Shown here piece after piece: positions 11,851 to 24,443 of a stretch of 64,000 nt of DNA. The position numbers and the translations under genes were made by a program. Every line of letters starts with the position of its first letter. The stretch's first letter is position 1. The notes beneath the pieces are model-generated. The model was given only the letters and a program-made list of their open reading frames with translations. It was not told the origin of the DNA and did no database searches. The stretch spans positions 51,648,001 through 51,712,000 of the forward strand of contig NW_024704742.1 in assembly GCF_018977255.1 (NCBI RefSeq), written 5' to 3'. The stretch is from Callorhinchus milii. Lineage: Eukaryota.

Positions 11851-12291
11851 GGAGTCCTGTAGCTTAGTGATTAGAGCACTCGCCTTGCAAGCAAGAGGAC
11901 TTGGGTTTGATTCCTGGGTGGGGTGAAATGTTGGGCACGTTTCCTTACTCCACTCACCTCTGTTTACCTAGCAGTAAGTAGGAACCCGGTTATTAGTCGA
12001 TTGGTAGATTCCTTTTTCAGGGGGAATAATCCTTTCAAAAAAAAATAATAATTTGGTCACTCAATTGACAACAACAACAACAACAAGATTCCTTTTATTG
12101 AGCGCCTTTCACGTCGGGAGGACGTCCCAAGGCGCTGACAACTGTTGACAACTGTTTGTGAGACACTGCCGTGTGCAATTGGCTGCCGTGTTTTGCCCAT
12201 AAAATATTCACTTTACAATGTATTCTGTGAAGCGCTTTGGGAAGTCTCAAAGACGTGATAAGGTGCTATATCAAATGTAAGGATTATTATT
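11851..12291 (+). mobile_element. tRNA-derived SINE (long form) with an inverted L2 tail inserted at about 12068-12138
   Basis: Head, CTGTTTACCTAGCAGTAAGTAGG central segment and tail are present, with (CAA)n plus the L2 stem-loop nested inside. Confidence 0.9.
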
Positions 12292-14089
12292 TTTGCTGAA
12301 TTTACCTTTTTTGGTATCAATTTCTACATTCTATTGTATTGCTTTATTAGCGTCAATTTACCTCCTAATTTTCTCCCATTTTTTAAACATGAAAAATACA
12401 CCCCCAAAATACGAATTTTTGTGGGTACAAAAATGGATTTAATGATCCTTAGATATCTATGAAGTGTTGTTTGTATAACAATTTTAAAAAAACTGCACTT
12501 CATGGGGTGGGGCAGGTGAATGTATGTAAACAACTTGGAGGAACAAGAAAACTGTTCAAAAAACATTATTTATTTGCCTACAAATAAATTAAATCATGTG
12601 AAGCACCTTTACAATGTTGTAAAATGCTATTGTATGCAAGGGTTATTAGCATTTCTGATCATATTGAGGATCAGTAACAATACTTACGTTAAGTTTCAAC
12701 TAAATTTTTAAATTGCCTCCAAACTATAATAAAAATAACTCTTTAATTTTTTTTGTGTGGAGAGGAATCATTAGCGCCAGAAAGCAATCTGTCAATCGAC
12801 TAACAACCAGGTTCCTACTTACTTCTAGGTAAGCAGAGGCATGTGCAGTAAGAAAATTTACCTAAGGTTTCTTGTGGAGTATTTCATTGTTTCACTGTTT
12901 CATTGTTAGTAAATACAGTACTCCACAAAAGAACTTAGTAGGTTCATTCACAGGCCTAAACTAAACAAACCATGAGTAATTCAATCACTCAAAAACACAA
13001 TCTATACGTTTTTCAAAACTGACACCTGATAACTGATTTATACATTCTACAATAGTGTAAAACAGTGATTATTCTATTTATATAATGTCATACAAGTGTT
13101 GGTGGAGCTTTATTGCTGTGTTTTTATTTCTCTCCAAGTATGAGCAAGACTTATTGTTTGTAAAACGGCTTTAGGGCTTTCAGGAATAAGTAACTTTATC
13201 ATGTGTGAAAGAATGCCTGTAATGAACTGTCACCACTGAGATATCCCATTTTTATTCTATCCCGCAGCAGTTTAACCTGGAGAAAAACTGCCCTTTAGAT
13301 TCAACATTTTCAATCAAATGATTAACATTTTGGATCCAACCAATTAATTGAACAAGAAAGTCTAAACTCTCAAATCAGGTGACTAGATTTTCTCAAATTC
13401 GTCCCTTGATTAAGTTGCTGCATAGTATTTTAGTATCATTGAAGAGATGATAGTTATAGGTACATTATGAACAATTGAGTTAGTAACAAATTGGGAAATT
13501 ACCATTTCAGTTTTCACTGCAGCAAATTATTTTATCATGTGGCAGTGAAATTATCAGCAGCGCCACATAATAATATTGCAGCACCTTGCATTGGAGTCAT
13601 TGATTTAATTATCTGTGCTCTATTAACTTGAAAAATATTTGCACTGCAGTAGACAACTGATCAAAGTTCCCTCAGCACAAGTGGATATTAAATTAGACTT
13701 TGATAAATAGTCCTTTTGAATGGAACTGACTGGTCAAATTTGATTTTCTTAGCTGCAATAAATGTTAAAAATAGTCATCCTTACATTTGGTATATCACCG
13801 TTCATGTTGGGAAGACATCCCAAAGCGCCTCACAAGGTATACTGCAGAGTGTAGCCACTGGGTGTTCTGTGAGTGAATACTGGTATGGTAGTTTCCCTCA
13901 TGGATTATGCTTATCAGAGGGGTAAATACTGAATTTGCACCTGTGATTAACTCCAACCTAATATAAATTACAGTAACTTTCATACTGTTGCCTTCTACAG
14001 TTTGACAGATGATTTGACATAGCATACAAGCTCTGAAACTGTTCCCATGTTAGATTTAAGCTGTATTGTGTCCTCTCCTGCACAGGCTC

Positions 14090-14438
14090 CTCATTCAGCT
14101 ACACTGGCTCCTCATCCCATAGCGGATCCTTGTCCTTACTTTTAAATCCCTCCATAACCTTGCCCCACAGTGCCTCTACAACCCCAACTGCTCCCTCTGG
14201 TTAGCGAACATTGGCCTGCACCATATCCCCATCCAACCTACCCCATCGTCAAAAGATGATCTTTTAGCTATTTTGGCCTCACTCATTGGAACTCCATCCC
14301 AGAATCTCTCATACTTATCCTCCCACCTACACTCCCTCCGTCCCCACACACACATAGACCTTTAAAGCCCATATTAAGACCTTTGAGACGTCCTTCCGAT
14401 GTAAAAGACACTACGTAAATGTACATTTTTTGTTGTTG
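14090..14438 (+). mobile_element. old L2 3' fragment
   Basis: Decayed LHWL.I...IL.L.FK.LH.LAP and WNS.P coding remnants, followed by an L2 tail with TTGTTGTTG. Confidence 0.65.
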
Positions 14439-15161
14439 GAATGCCTGAAGGATGCCAGAGAAAGAAAATCATAACAACAAATACACTGAATTGCTCTTTG
14501 CAAACTGAGCTGCATGTGACTCACATGATGACAAAAATATACACTATTAAGTGTTCATAATAACAAAATTGTCCGAAATATGGACTCAATATTTTGTTTT
14601 TATTTTTCTAACACTTCATTAAATGGTTACACCACTCGTATACACAGTCAGGCAAAACGTGACAGCTCGGTAGTGAGAGCTGAGGGAATAGTTCATGAGG
14701 TTCAATGAATATATCTGTGTTGTATTAATATCTTTTATAACATTGTGTTGTACCATCACTTTATTCATGTATTCAAACAAAAGGTTGGGCCTGGTATCAG
14801 TTTGTCTTTGAAGGTCATTCTCCTTTTCCTTCAAGCAGTCACATACTCCCGCTTTGCTTGATCTGTATTGTCTGGATTTTTTACATCCAACGCAAAATCA
14901 TTAGTGGATACTAAGATGAAAGTGCATATTGGAGTACTCTGCTGTCAATTATCTACAACTGAAATTGATGGTACACAGTGGTTTAATTTACTTTAAAGTG
15001 GGAGGTGATTTAAAATAGAATAATACATATTAAATATTCCACTGTTGTAGCTTTGGAGGCTACTCAATATACACACTGCTATTTGATTATATGCACTTTT
15101 ATTGCTTTATGCAATAAATTAACCAATGCCCAACTAAATACAAACCGAGTCATAAAGCTGT

Positions 15162-15777
15162 GGAGTCCTGTAGCTCAGTGGTTAGAGCACTCGTTTCACA
15201 AGCGAGAGACCTGAGTTCGATTCCCGGCAGGGTGAAATCTTGGGCAAGTTTCCTTACTCCAGATGCCTGATAATAATCCCTTAAGAAAAAAAAAACAGTA
15301 ATAATTTGGTCACTCAATCCATGACTGCTGAAAGCAATTGGCTGCTGCGTTTCGTCCACACATATACAGTCAATTTGTGTTACAGTATATTCTGTGATGC
15401 GCTTTGAGACGTTAAGGGCTTTGAGATGTTACAGGACCACAAGTGAGAGGAACCTGGGTTTGATTCCCGGTAGGGCGAAACGTTGGCCAAGTTTCCTTAC
15501 TCCACATGCCTCTGTTTACCTAGCAGTAAGTATCAGCGGTTGTCAGTCGATTGGCGTACTGCTTTTCCGGGGGTAATAATTCTTTCAAAATAAATAAAAA
15601 TAATTTGATCACTCAATCCATGACTGTTTGTGGGACACTGCTGTGCGCATTTGGCTGCTGCGTTTTGCCCACAAAATATACAGTCAATTCACTTTACGGT
15701 ATATGCCATGAAGCGCTTTGAGACGTCTCGAAGACGTGATAAGGTGCTATATCAAATGCAAGGATTATTATTATTAT
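15162..15777 (+). mobile_element. two tandem tRNA-derived SINEs (short 15162-~15428; long, 5'-damaged ~15430-15777)
   Basis: Head, body and (TAT)n tail match the family. Confidence 0.85.
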
Positions 15778-17049
15778 CAGGTGAGATGGCAACTTACTTT
15801 GCACCCAAGTAACCATTATTCTTCTACTACCTACAGTTGAAGAAAAAAATAGTCAAAGAGCCTAAAGATGAGGGGTATAGTAGAAAATTGCCAAGGAAAA
15901 CCTATCTAGAATCTTGTGGGGTGCATTTCTTTTTAGGTTAGGCAGGTATCTGACGCATGCTTCAGATTTCAACTCATCACTCAATAAATAAATAAAATTT
16001 GGTCACTCAATCCAAGACTGTTCATAGGAACTGCTTGTAGGACTGTTTGTAGGACAGTCAATCCACTTTACAATATATTCTGTGAAGGGCTTTGAGAAGT
16101 CTGAATGATATGATAAGGCAAGGATTATTATTATTGTTGCCATGATTAAGAGTATCCAAACCAGACTAAGAGTTCCAATATGCATGTCAGCTACACATGA
16201 AGATTTCCCTGTGTCTGAAATGGAATGTGCACTCTTCCCTGGAGGGATGCATCTTGCTTACCTAATTCCAGAGGTTGGGGAGAGCCAAGCCTGGGAACTT
16301 CAGAGAGTGTTTTGCAGGCAAAGCTAGAGTTTAACCAGCTAAATCCTCATAGCTTGCCATTGCGAACACTGTCTGGCAAGCTTTCCTGCTGCTACCCATT
16401 AGGGCTTTGGCTTTCAGATGAGTGGAATGAAACTCTGCCCCCACTGTCGATCTGCTCTGCCAAGTCCAGCCTATAAGCTACGGTGACTGGTCTGCCAAGG
16501 CAATGCCTTGGAATACTGCAGCCCCACCTGACTCAGGAACTGGATTAGAGGGCTGACTCGATTTCGATATTCTGTTACTAAGCGGATCAACTTGGAGGTA
16601 GTTTAGCCCCAAATAAACTCTGCTTATATCCCCCCATCCCCAAAGCAAATTGACCACGGTTTGTCTGCCTATATAATCACTAGAGTTGACAGCAATTACC
16701 TATGATCATTTTGACATGTTTCAATGTTATTAATACTATTAGATTACAAAGGTTAAATATTATATAATAATCTTTGCATATGATATAGTGTCTCAGCATC
16801 TCAAAGCATTTTATAGGATATACTGTAAAGTGGTGTGACTTGTGGATTAAAATATTAATATATAAATTATATACTATATAATTAATATACTGTATTATAT
16901 GTAAATATTAAGAAACATAAGAGTTTTAATCAGCTCATACTTTTAAGTCTCAGATATGATTAACTTATAAGTTCTTGCTCCTTTTCAAATTGTGATTAGC
17001 CTGACTACAAAGTGGATGCAGATTGTTGGAACAAATGCCTACTAATAAC

Positions 17050-17345
17050 AATGAAAATCCTTGCATTGGTGTAGCATCTTATCTCATCATTGAGATGTCT
17101 CAAAGTGCTTTACCGGTTTACTGTAAACTGTAGTGACTATCTATGTGTAAGTGAACACGGCAACCAATTTGCATTCAGCATTGTCCCACAAACAACTATG
17201 AAGTGAATGATCAATTTTTATTTGGGGAATTGTTGGCCAGGACATGGGGAGAAACTCCCTTCTCTTTTTGAATAGTGTCGCAGGATCACTAATGTCCAAC
17301 TGAACAGAAGGACTTGACCTTTATTTAACATCTCATCTGAAGGAT
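17050..17345 (-). mobile_element. Deu-domain SINE 3' part
   Basis: Reverse complement contains CCTTCAGATGAGATGTTAAA (Deu core) and the shared SINE tail. Confidence 0.65.
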
Positions 17346-18994
17346 GGGTAGACTTGAAGTATGGAGGAACATTACTAGAAAAATTAACTCTTAGCCTACA
17401 ACATTGATGTTTTATTCAAATACTCATTCATTAGTAGCTCACTGAGAACAAATAGTTATCAAAATGGCATGATGATTTTCGAGGATGATCATACAATAAT
17501 AAAATTCTACCTCGCTGTTCATATTCCTTTGACTTTCAAGTACACTTTGATTGTTCAGTGAAGGGTATTTGTAAAATCTGCACTTACTATCATCTCAATT
17601 ATAAACCTAGTTTGAATTCATTAGTGTTTCTTAAAACCAGTACTGCAGTATAACACATAACAGTACAATGAGAATGTTCATTCATGCCATGATGCAGAGA
17701 CCAATGATTAGTTAATCCACTGCACGGCTGTTCGTGGGATGTTGTTGGCTGCTGTATTTGGCTACAAATTCACAAGCTGAATTTATACTATGATTCATTT
17801 TGACATTTAACCATTTTTTTAAAAAAGAAAAACAGAGAAGAGTAAATATTATATTCTATCTTGTCTGGCTTCTTTCTATTTGCTTGTAGCTTTTCTTATT
17901 CTTTTCTGGTATCGCTTCTGGAATAAAATATATAGCACTTTGTGTTTCTGTGGATGTTACATGAATGAGTCCAAAGCCACATTAGGCTATGAATGCAGTG
18001 CAGTGCCTCAGCCCACATCAAGTTGAATGAGCAAACCCTGCCTGAGGAGCCTCACTTGACAACCTAAAATAATATTAAAAAATATAGAACCACAAGAGAC
18101 TGGCATAAAAACATTTTAAAAATCTAGATATTAAAACACGTTAAGAACTGAAAAAAATAATTTATCCTGAATAAATATCCTGAAAAAATATAATACTTTA
18201 AAAAATTGTCAAGATGTTTCTTTTTTTTAATCAAACTTGTATTTTGGCCATTTTTTGTGCTGATCAAGTGAAGGACTGAAGAATGGAATACTTTTCAATT
18301 AGAGCAACCAAATGCCCAGAGGATAATTTCTGTTTGTTTGCAAATTTACTTTCCTTGGCAGTGTGTATGTACGGTTCTCTGTGTGTCAGTAAATTTACTT
18401 ACATGGGCTTTGTGCACTTCATCTGTAATCCCATTAATGTGGAATGTTGTAAGAGGGTTGGCAAATAATTTACATTTAAACCTATTATTGGAGCTGCATC
18501 TCACAAGCAGAGTTCACAGCATTAGCTTATGAGCTCATACCATCTTAGAACTATTTTTATTGCTGTGGTGTGTACTCCACCCTTGTTGTTTTTTTTATTT
18601 TAATCATCTGATGTATTCGTTTGCTATCTGCAATCTCTCATCCTTTGTCTTCTATTTATCTTTCCTGGCACTGCTTCTTCCTTTCTGCTGTAAACTATTA
18701 TACCATTTTACCAGTATAGCACTCCAGTTGTGAATAGCGGATCCCATAGTAAAAGGCTGCTCTCCCAATGACATTGACCTCCAATGGACTACAGCATATA
18801 TTGTTTCAAGTAACCATTTTGCACCCAGCAGGACACCAACATGCACTTTTAGCAAACTATACACTCGGGTTGTCATGCATTACAAATACGGAGAATGAAC
18901 TGCTTATGTTCAATTGAAACAATTTGCCACTTATGCCAAGCACACCATTTGGTGTTTTATTTTCTTCACCCTATCATTTTCAATATGTCAATAT

Positions 18995-20347
18995 GGAGTC
19001 CTGTAGCTCGGTGGTTAGAGCACTCGCCTCGCAAACGAGAGACCTGGGTTCAATTCCCGGCAGGGCGAAATGTTGAGCAAGCTTCCTTACTCCACATGCC
19101 TCTGTTTACCTAGCAATAAGTAGGAATTCGGTTGTTAGTCAATTGGCGAATCGCTTTTCCGATGGTAATACTCTACCTTTCCTCCTCTACCCTCAACTCC
19201 ACGACCACCGATGTCCTGACAGCTGCCTGTCCGACATCGAGTCCTGGACGAGAGACAACTTTCTTCAGCTCAACGTGCGCAAAACTGAGGCCCTCCTGAT
19301 TGGCTCACGTCAGCGCCTCCGCACCTCAGGCGCTGACAGCATCAGCATCCAAGGCTGCACTCTCCACCTCTCAAAGCCAGTCAGGAACCTCGGCGTTTTG
19401 TTCGACCCTGAGCTGTCCTTTCTCCCTCATATCCGCGCCACAACTGGCACCGCCTTCCATCACCTCCGGAACATTGCCAGATTACGGCACTACCTCACCC
19501 CTCACGCTGCTGAAACTCTGGTCCACGCCTTTATCACCTCAAGGCTGGACTATGGGAACTCTCTCCTCGCCGGCCTTCCCGCCACCTCCCTCCACAAGCT
19601 GCAGGTCATTCAGAACTCTGCAGCTCGTGTACTGTCCCGCACCAGGCTTCGCAACCACATCACTCCCACCCTCGCTCGCCTCCACTGGCTCCCCATCCCC
19701 CAGAGGATCGAATTCAAGATCCTCACCCTCACCTACAAGGCCATTCACAGCCTCGCTCCCTCCTACCTCTCCAACCTACTATCCCCCTACCTACCCGCCC
19801 GTACCCTCCGTTCCTCTGGCTCCGGTCTGCTCCACATCCCCCGCCCCAACCACCCTACCATCGGTGGCCGAGCCTTCAGCCTCTCAGCCCTGAGACTCTG
19901 GAACTCTATCCCCCAGTGCCTTCGCCGCCTCCTCCCTTTCCTCCTTCAAGGCCGGTCTCAAGACCTTTCTCTTTGACCGTGCCTTCAGCTCCCCTCTCGA
20001 CTCTCTACCCCCTCCTCGCTCCCTCCCTTCCCTCCCCTCACCCTGACCATTTCCCCCCTTGCTCGGGTCCTGACCCAACTGTACAGCGCCTTGGGACGTC
20101 CTCCCGACGTGAAAGGCGCTCAATAAATGGAATCTTGTTGTTGTTGTTGTAATAATTCCTTAAAACAAAAAATTTGGTTCCTTCGATCCACGACTGTTTA
20201 TGGGATGCTGATGTGCACAATTGGCTGCCGTGTTTCGCCTAAAAATATACAATCAATTTGCTTTACAGTATATTCTGTGAAGCGCTTTGAGACGTCTAGA
20301 AGACCTGATAAGACGCTATATCAAATGCAAGGATTATCATTATTATT
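18995..20347 (+). mobile_element. long-form SINE split by an L2 insertion (SINE parts 18995-19170 and 20150-20347)
   Basis: The SINE sequence resumes exactly after the L2 tail. (G)TAATA is duplicated at 19165-19170 and 20149-20154. Confidence 0.9.
19171..20149 (+). mobile_element. young 5'-truncated L2 LINE (end of RT + C-terminus + 3' tail)
   Basis: The ORF reads CLSDIESW..NFLQLN..KTE...VRNLGVLFD...SRLDYGNSLL.GLP...LHWLP...LWNS.P and ends in a (TTG)n tail. Confidence 0.95.
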
Positions 20348-22827
20348 TTATTTTGTTTGTATTTATATTAATTTCAATTGTCAATTCATGTTTTTTGTTG
20401 ATGATGTCCCTATTAGTGATCAATTGAAGCAGGGTACTTCTAACTTGTTCTTTCTTAGAAGTATGGGCAAAGAATTTTGCCCTTTACTGTAAATGGAAAG
20501 TAAGAAATGTCATGTTATTGGGTTGTTGCTAATTGAGCAATCTCGATGGTCACATGTCTCAAGAGTTTGTCCTGACACAAAAAAATTGAATTATTTCACT
20601 TTTTTGGGGGGGGGGGCACAGTGTCAAATTATTATTATTCCCAAATTTTCTTTTTCACTCAGTAGTTCAGATTGTTCTTTTTATTATAAAGATCCTAAAA
20701 TGAAATGATTTAAAATAGTTTAAAAATGGTAAAAATATACATAGTTATTATTTTACCATCAAGTTGATGATGTCATTTTACTTGCCTGCTTTTAATCTGT
20801 GATGTGTGTCAGTGTACGAAGGGAGAGACATTTGTTTTGTAGTTTGCTCACTATTAAAATAAAGGAAGGGAAAAGCGAATAATGAAGTTGGACTCCATTG
20901 TAACACAGCCTGGTGTAGTGCAAATCTGTTTATACCTTGGGTGTTCTGGTTCTGACTGCATGGGTGTGCACATTGTGTGCAAATGCAGAACCTCTGGTGT
21001 CTTGCTGTGTCCCTGCAAAAGCTCATGAAAGCAGTTGTCATTTTGTGCATGGCGCTGACCATAGTGGCCATTGTTTTAGCTAGCCCCATTATAACATGCC
21101 ATCTGATTTTATGAATCTAAAACCACCAGTTTTAATGGGATCTGACTATTTTTACGGGTCCTCAACCTGGCCCATTAAGGTATGGAATGTTACTGGTGTT
21201 AACAGGTCCAAAATGTGATACTTGTTAACAAGGTTGTAAATCCTCCCCAAATAAAATCGATCACTCACTTCATGGATGTTTGTGGGACATTGTGGAGTGC
21301 TGTGAGGTGCTTTGACATTTCGAAGACATAAGGCACTATATCAAATGCAAGGGTTACTATGATTTAAATAGCAGTTCCTGCTGCTAATCCAGAAATGCAT
21401 GCATCAAGCTAAATCATATGACCTCTGTTCTGACACATTTTGTTTCCAGAGTGGAGTTCCCACAGGACAACATGACACATTTCTGGTTCAATTGAAGTCA
21501 GTTTTGCGACTCAGAGTCAGTCTTTTCGACTCGGAGTCTCTATTTATGAATATTGCGTTTTGCATCCCACTGTGTCGATTTCACTGCAGCAAAGCACTTC
21601 ACATTGAAAGGAGAAATTATCAAGGTCAGCCCTTCCCACAGGAAAACCAGCCACAGACTTGATCAAGTGCACTGAGAATGAGACAACAAATAAACAAGAT
21701 CAGAAAGGAGACCAGGAGATAATCAGATCAAAAGAAAAAATATAAAAAAGAGAAATAAGCATAAATAATCTGTAGAGGAAAGAAAGAGGGTAACAGAGGA
21801 GCCGAAACAGAATGAGCGACAAGAGAGACAGATAACTGACCCAAACAGAATGCAGAACAAAAACCAGAATGCAGGTCAATTTAATCCATCTGAAAGAATC
21901 CAAAGAGAGGAGCAGAAACAGTGTGGTAAATCATTAAGATTGGAAGACTAAAGATTAAAAATTAACCAGAGTATTGAGCTGAACAATTGATAGACTACAT
22001 TCATGAGTTCTGAACCGTGCAGCCATTTATCTGGAACATGTACATTCCAGCTTCCAGCGGTATCCCAGACCTTCAGGTTGTTACAAAATTGAAACCCAAG
22101 GGATCTGAATATAGTCACAAGCTGGTGACATACATATTTGAATGAACTCTGAGGCTGCATTTTTAGGATTCTTGCGACCTGTTGGGAAGATTGAACCTTC
22201 AAGGTGAATTGCTTGAAATGATCAGACTTTGACCAGAGCTGTTTGAAGGCTTCAATTATTATTATTCTAATTAACAATACTTGCATTTGATAGTGCTTAT
22301 CATGTCACAAAGTCATCTCAAAGCACATCAAAGGATATGCTGTACATTATAGTGATTGCATTTCTGTAGAAACGTTGGAGCCAATTTGCACTTAGCAAAA
22401 TCAACATCTTGCATTTATATGTGCGTCAGCCTGGCTCAGTGCTAGCATGCAATGACAGATAAAGACATATTGAATCATGGGGAATCTTGACCCATCACTG
22501 AATGCGCACTTACTGGCTGCATTGATGAAGTCTGAATGCGCACTTACCTGCTGCGTTGAATTTCGCATGTGACAGTGTAGATTATTGATTAAATCGTATT
22601 TTATATGATTTATGCAGTTTACCTACAACTTGGATTTGCATAAGTAATATTAAATGTTATGACACGACTTATGTGAGTTTCACTGTACTCAACGTTCACA
22701 AGAGAACACAATTGAGATTCTGATGAAGAAGAATACTCTCAGTACATTTGATCTCCTTGCAATGTTCTCCCAACATGTAATGTATATGAATGTAAATTTG
22801 TATTGGATCTCATCCTTGCAGAATCTG

Positions 22828-23245
22828 TGTCAGTCTGGCTCAGTTGATAGTACTCTCACGTCTGAGTCAGAAAGTTGTGGGTTTAAGTTCTACATCGGGA
22901 TTTTGAACTCACAACCTAGACTGACATGACAGCAACAACAACTTACCCCCATTTATGTAGTTCCCTTAACACAGGATAGTATGTGGGAGCACCAATACAA
23001 TGCTGTAGGTATCCTGTATTGTTAGAGGTGCCGTCCTTCAGATGAGACATTAAACCAAGGTTTTGTCTATCTGTTCAGGCGCGGGTTGAAAATCTCATGG
23101 CACTATTTTAAAAGAGAAGGGAATTTCTCCTGGTGTTCTGGTCAACAAAACGCCAAAATAGATCATTCACTTAATGGCTGTTTGTGGGTCATTGCTTAGT
23201 GCAAATCGGCTGCAGAGTTTGTCCACAAATACAGTCAATCCACTT
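22828..23245 (+). mobile_element. Deu-domain SINE with tRNA-like head
   Basis: TGGCTCAGTTGATAGTACTCTC..TCTGAGTCAGAAAGTTGTGGGTT head and AGAGGTGCCGTCCTTCAGATGAGACATTAAACC core. Confidence 0.75.
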
Positions 23246-23574
23246 CACGGTAAAAAAAGACCCAATCCTGCAAAGTGGTTTGAGTTGCTATATGAAAAGG
23301 AAAAGGATACTGCTGTGCGCAATTGGCTGCTGCGTTTCGCCCACAAATATACAGTCAATTCAGCATATTCTGTGAAGCGCTTTGAGACGTCTGGAAGACA
23401 TGAAACATAGAGTAACGGTGCTTTTGACACACAATGGCAGGCGTTCTCGCTGGAGTCACATCGTTCCGTTATAAGTGTCAGACTGCAGTCAGTCCCCACA
23501 AGGACCCTCTGTCCATGTCACAGGCAACCACAAAATATAGTCAATTCACTTTACAGTGTATTTACAGTGTATGC

Positions 23575-23897
23575 GGAGTCCTGTAGCTCAGTGGTTAGAG
23601 CACTCGCTTTGCAAGCGAGAGACCTGAGTTCAATTCCAGGCAGAGGGAGAAACCTTGGGCAAGTTTCCTTACTCCACACAGAGCCTAATAATAATCCCTC
23701 CAAAACCAAAAACAATAATAAATTGGTCATTTTCAATCTACGACTGTTTGTGGGACATTGCTGTGCGCAATTGGCTGCCGCGTTCGCCCACAAATATACA
23801 GTCAATTCACTTTACAGCATATTCTGTGAAGCGCTTCGGGACGTCCTCCCGACGTGAAAAGCGCTATATCAAAATGCAAGGATTATTATTATTATTA
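23575..23897 (+). mobile_element. young tRNA-Ala-derived SINE (short form, L2-matching tail), among older SINE 3' fragments (23309-23570)
   Basis: Near-identical to the copies at 59437 and 62500. Confidence 0.95.
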
Positions 23898-23943
23898 TAA
23901 GCTCTGTGAGACGTCTCGAAGTCGTGGTGAGGCATATAACCAT

Positions 23944-24367
23944 CAGCCACTGTCCCCGCCCCCCACAGCCAGTGCCCCGCCCCCCACAGCCAGTGCCCCG
24001 CCCACCGCCCCGCCTCCCACAGCCACTGTCCCCGCCCCCACAGCCAGTGCCCCGCCCACCGCCCCGCCCCCCACAGCCAGTGCCCCGCCCACCGCCCCGC
24101 CCCCCACAGCCAGAGTCCCCGCCCCCCACAGCCAGTGCCCCGCCCACCGCCCCGCCCACCCACAGCCAGAGTCCCCGCCCCCCACAGCCAGTGTCCCCGC
24201 CCCCCACAGCCAGTGCCCCGCCCACCGCCCCGCCCCCCACAGCCAGAGTCCCCGCCCCCCACAGCCAGTGCCCCGCCCACCGCCCCGCCCCCCACAGCCA
24301 GAGTCCCCGCCCCCACAGCCAGTGCCCCGCCCACCGCCCCGCCCCCCACAGCCAGTGCCCCGCCCCC
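23944..24367. repeat. GC-box minisatellite (CACAGCCAG(T/AGT) + CCCCGCCC units) directly upstream of the snoRNA-host TSS
   Basis: About 420 bp of tandem units containing roughly 30 CCGCCC hexamers. Confidence 0.95.
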
Positions 24368-24411
24368 TTGCGTCGCTCTGGCGGGTGTGAGTCTGCGCGG
24401 GGCTGGAGCGG

Positions 24412-24443
24412 CCCTCTTGCAGTAAGATGGCGGCCGGTGTCGG
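24412..24443 (+). promoter_or_regulatory. probable TSS / first exon of the snoRNA host: pyrimidine start CCCTCTT, YY1 motif AAGATGGCGGC and 5' splice site
   Basis: CCCTCTT at 24412-24418 (TCT/5'TOP-like), AAGATGGCGGC at 24424-24434 and CGG|GTGAGT with the intron starting at 24444. The context is a CpG island. Confidence 0.7.

Noticed and set aside
13512..13581. Overlapping inverted repeats (TTTCACTGC/GCAGTGAAA; ATGTGGC/GCCACAT) suggesting a pre-miRNA
   Set aside because: The stems are short and AT-rich with no recognisable miRNA. A decayed MITE or chance is equally likely.
21948..22286. LKVWDTAG in a minus-strand ORF resembling the Rab WDTAGQE motif
   Set aside because: It lacks QE and a correctly spaced P-loop or NKxD motif, so it is probably chance.
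22500..22560. 34-bp tandem duplication CTGAATGCGCACTTAC
   Set aside because: Only two units in an isolated local duplication with no further structure.
23575..23650. tRNA-Ala(TGC)-like sequence here and at the other SINE heads
   Set aside because: There is no proper acceptor stem, and each continues into a SINE body and L2-type tail. These are SINE heads, not tRNA genes.
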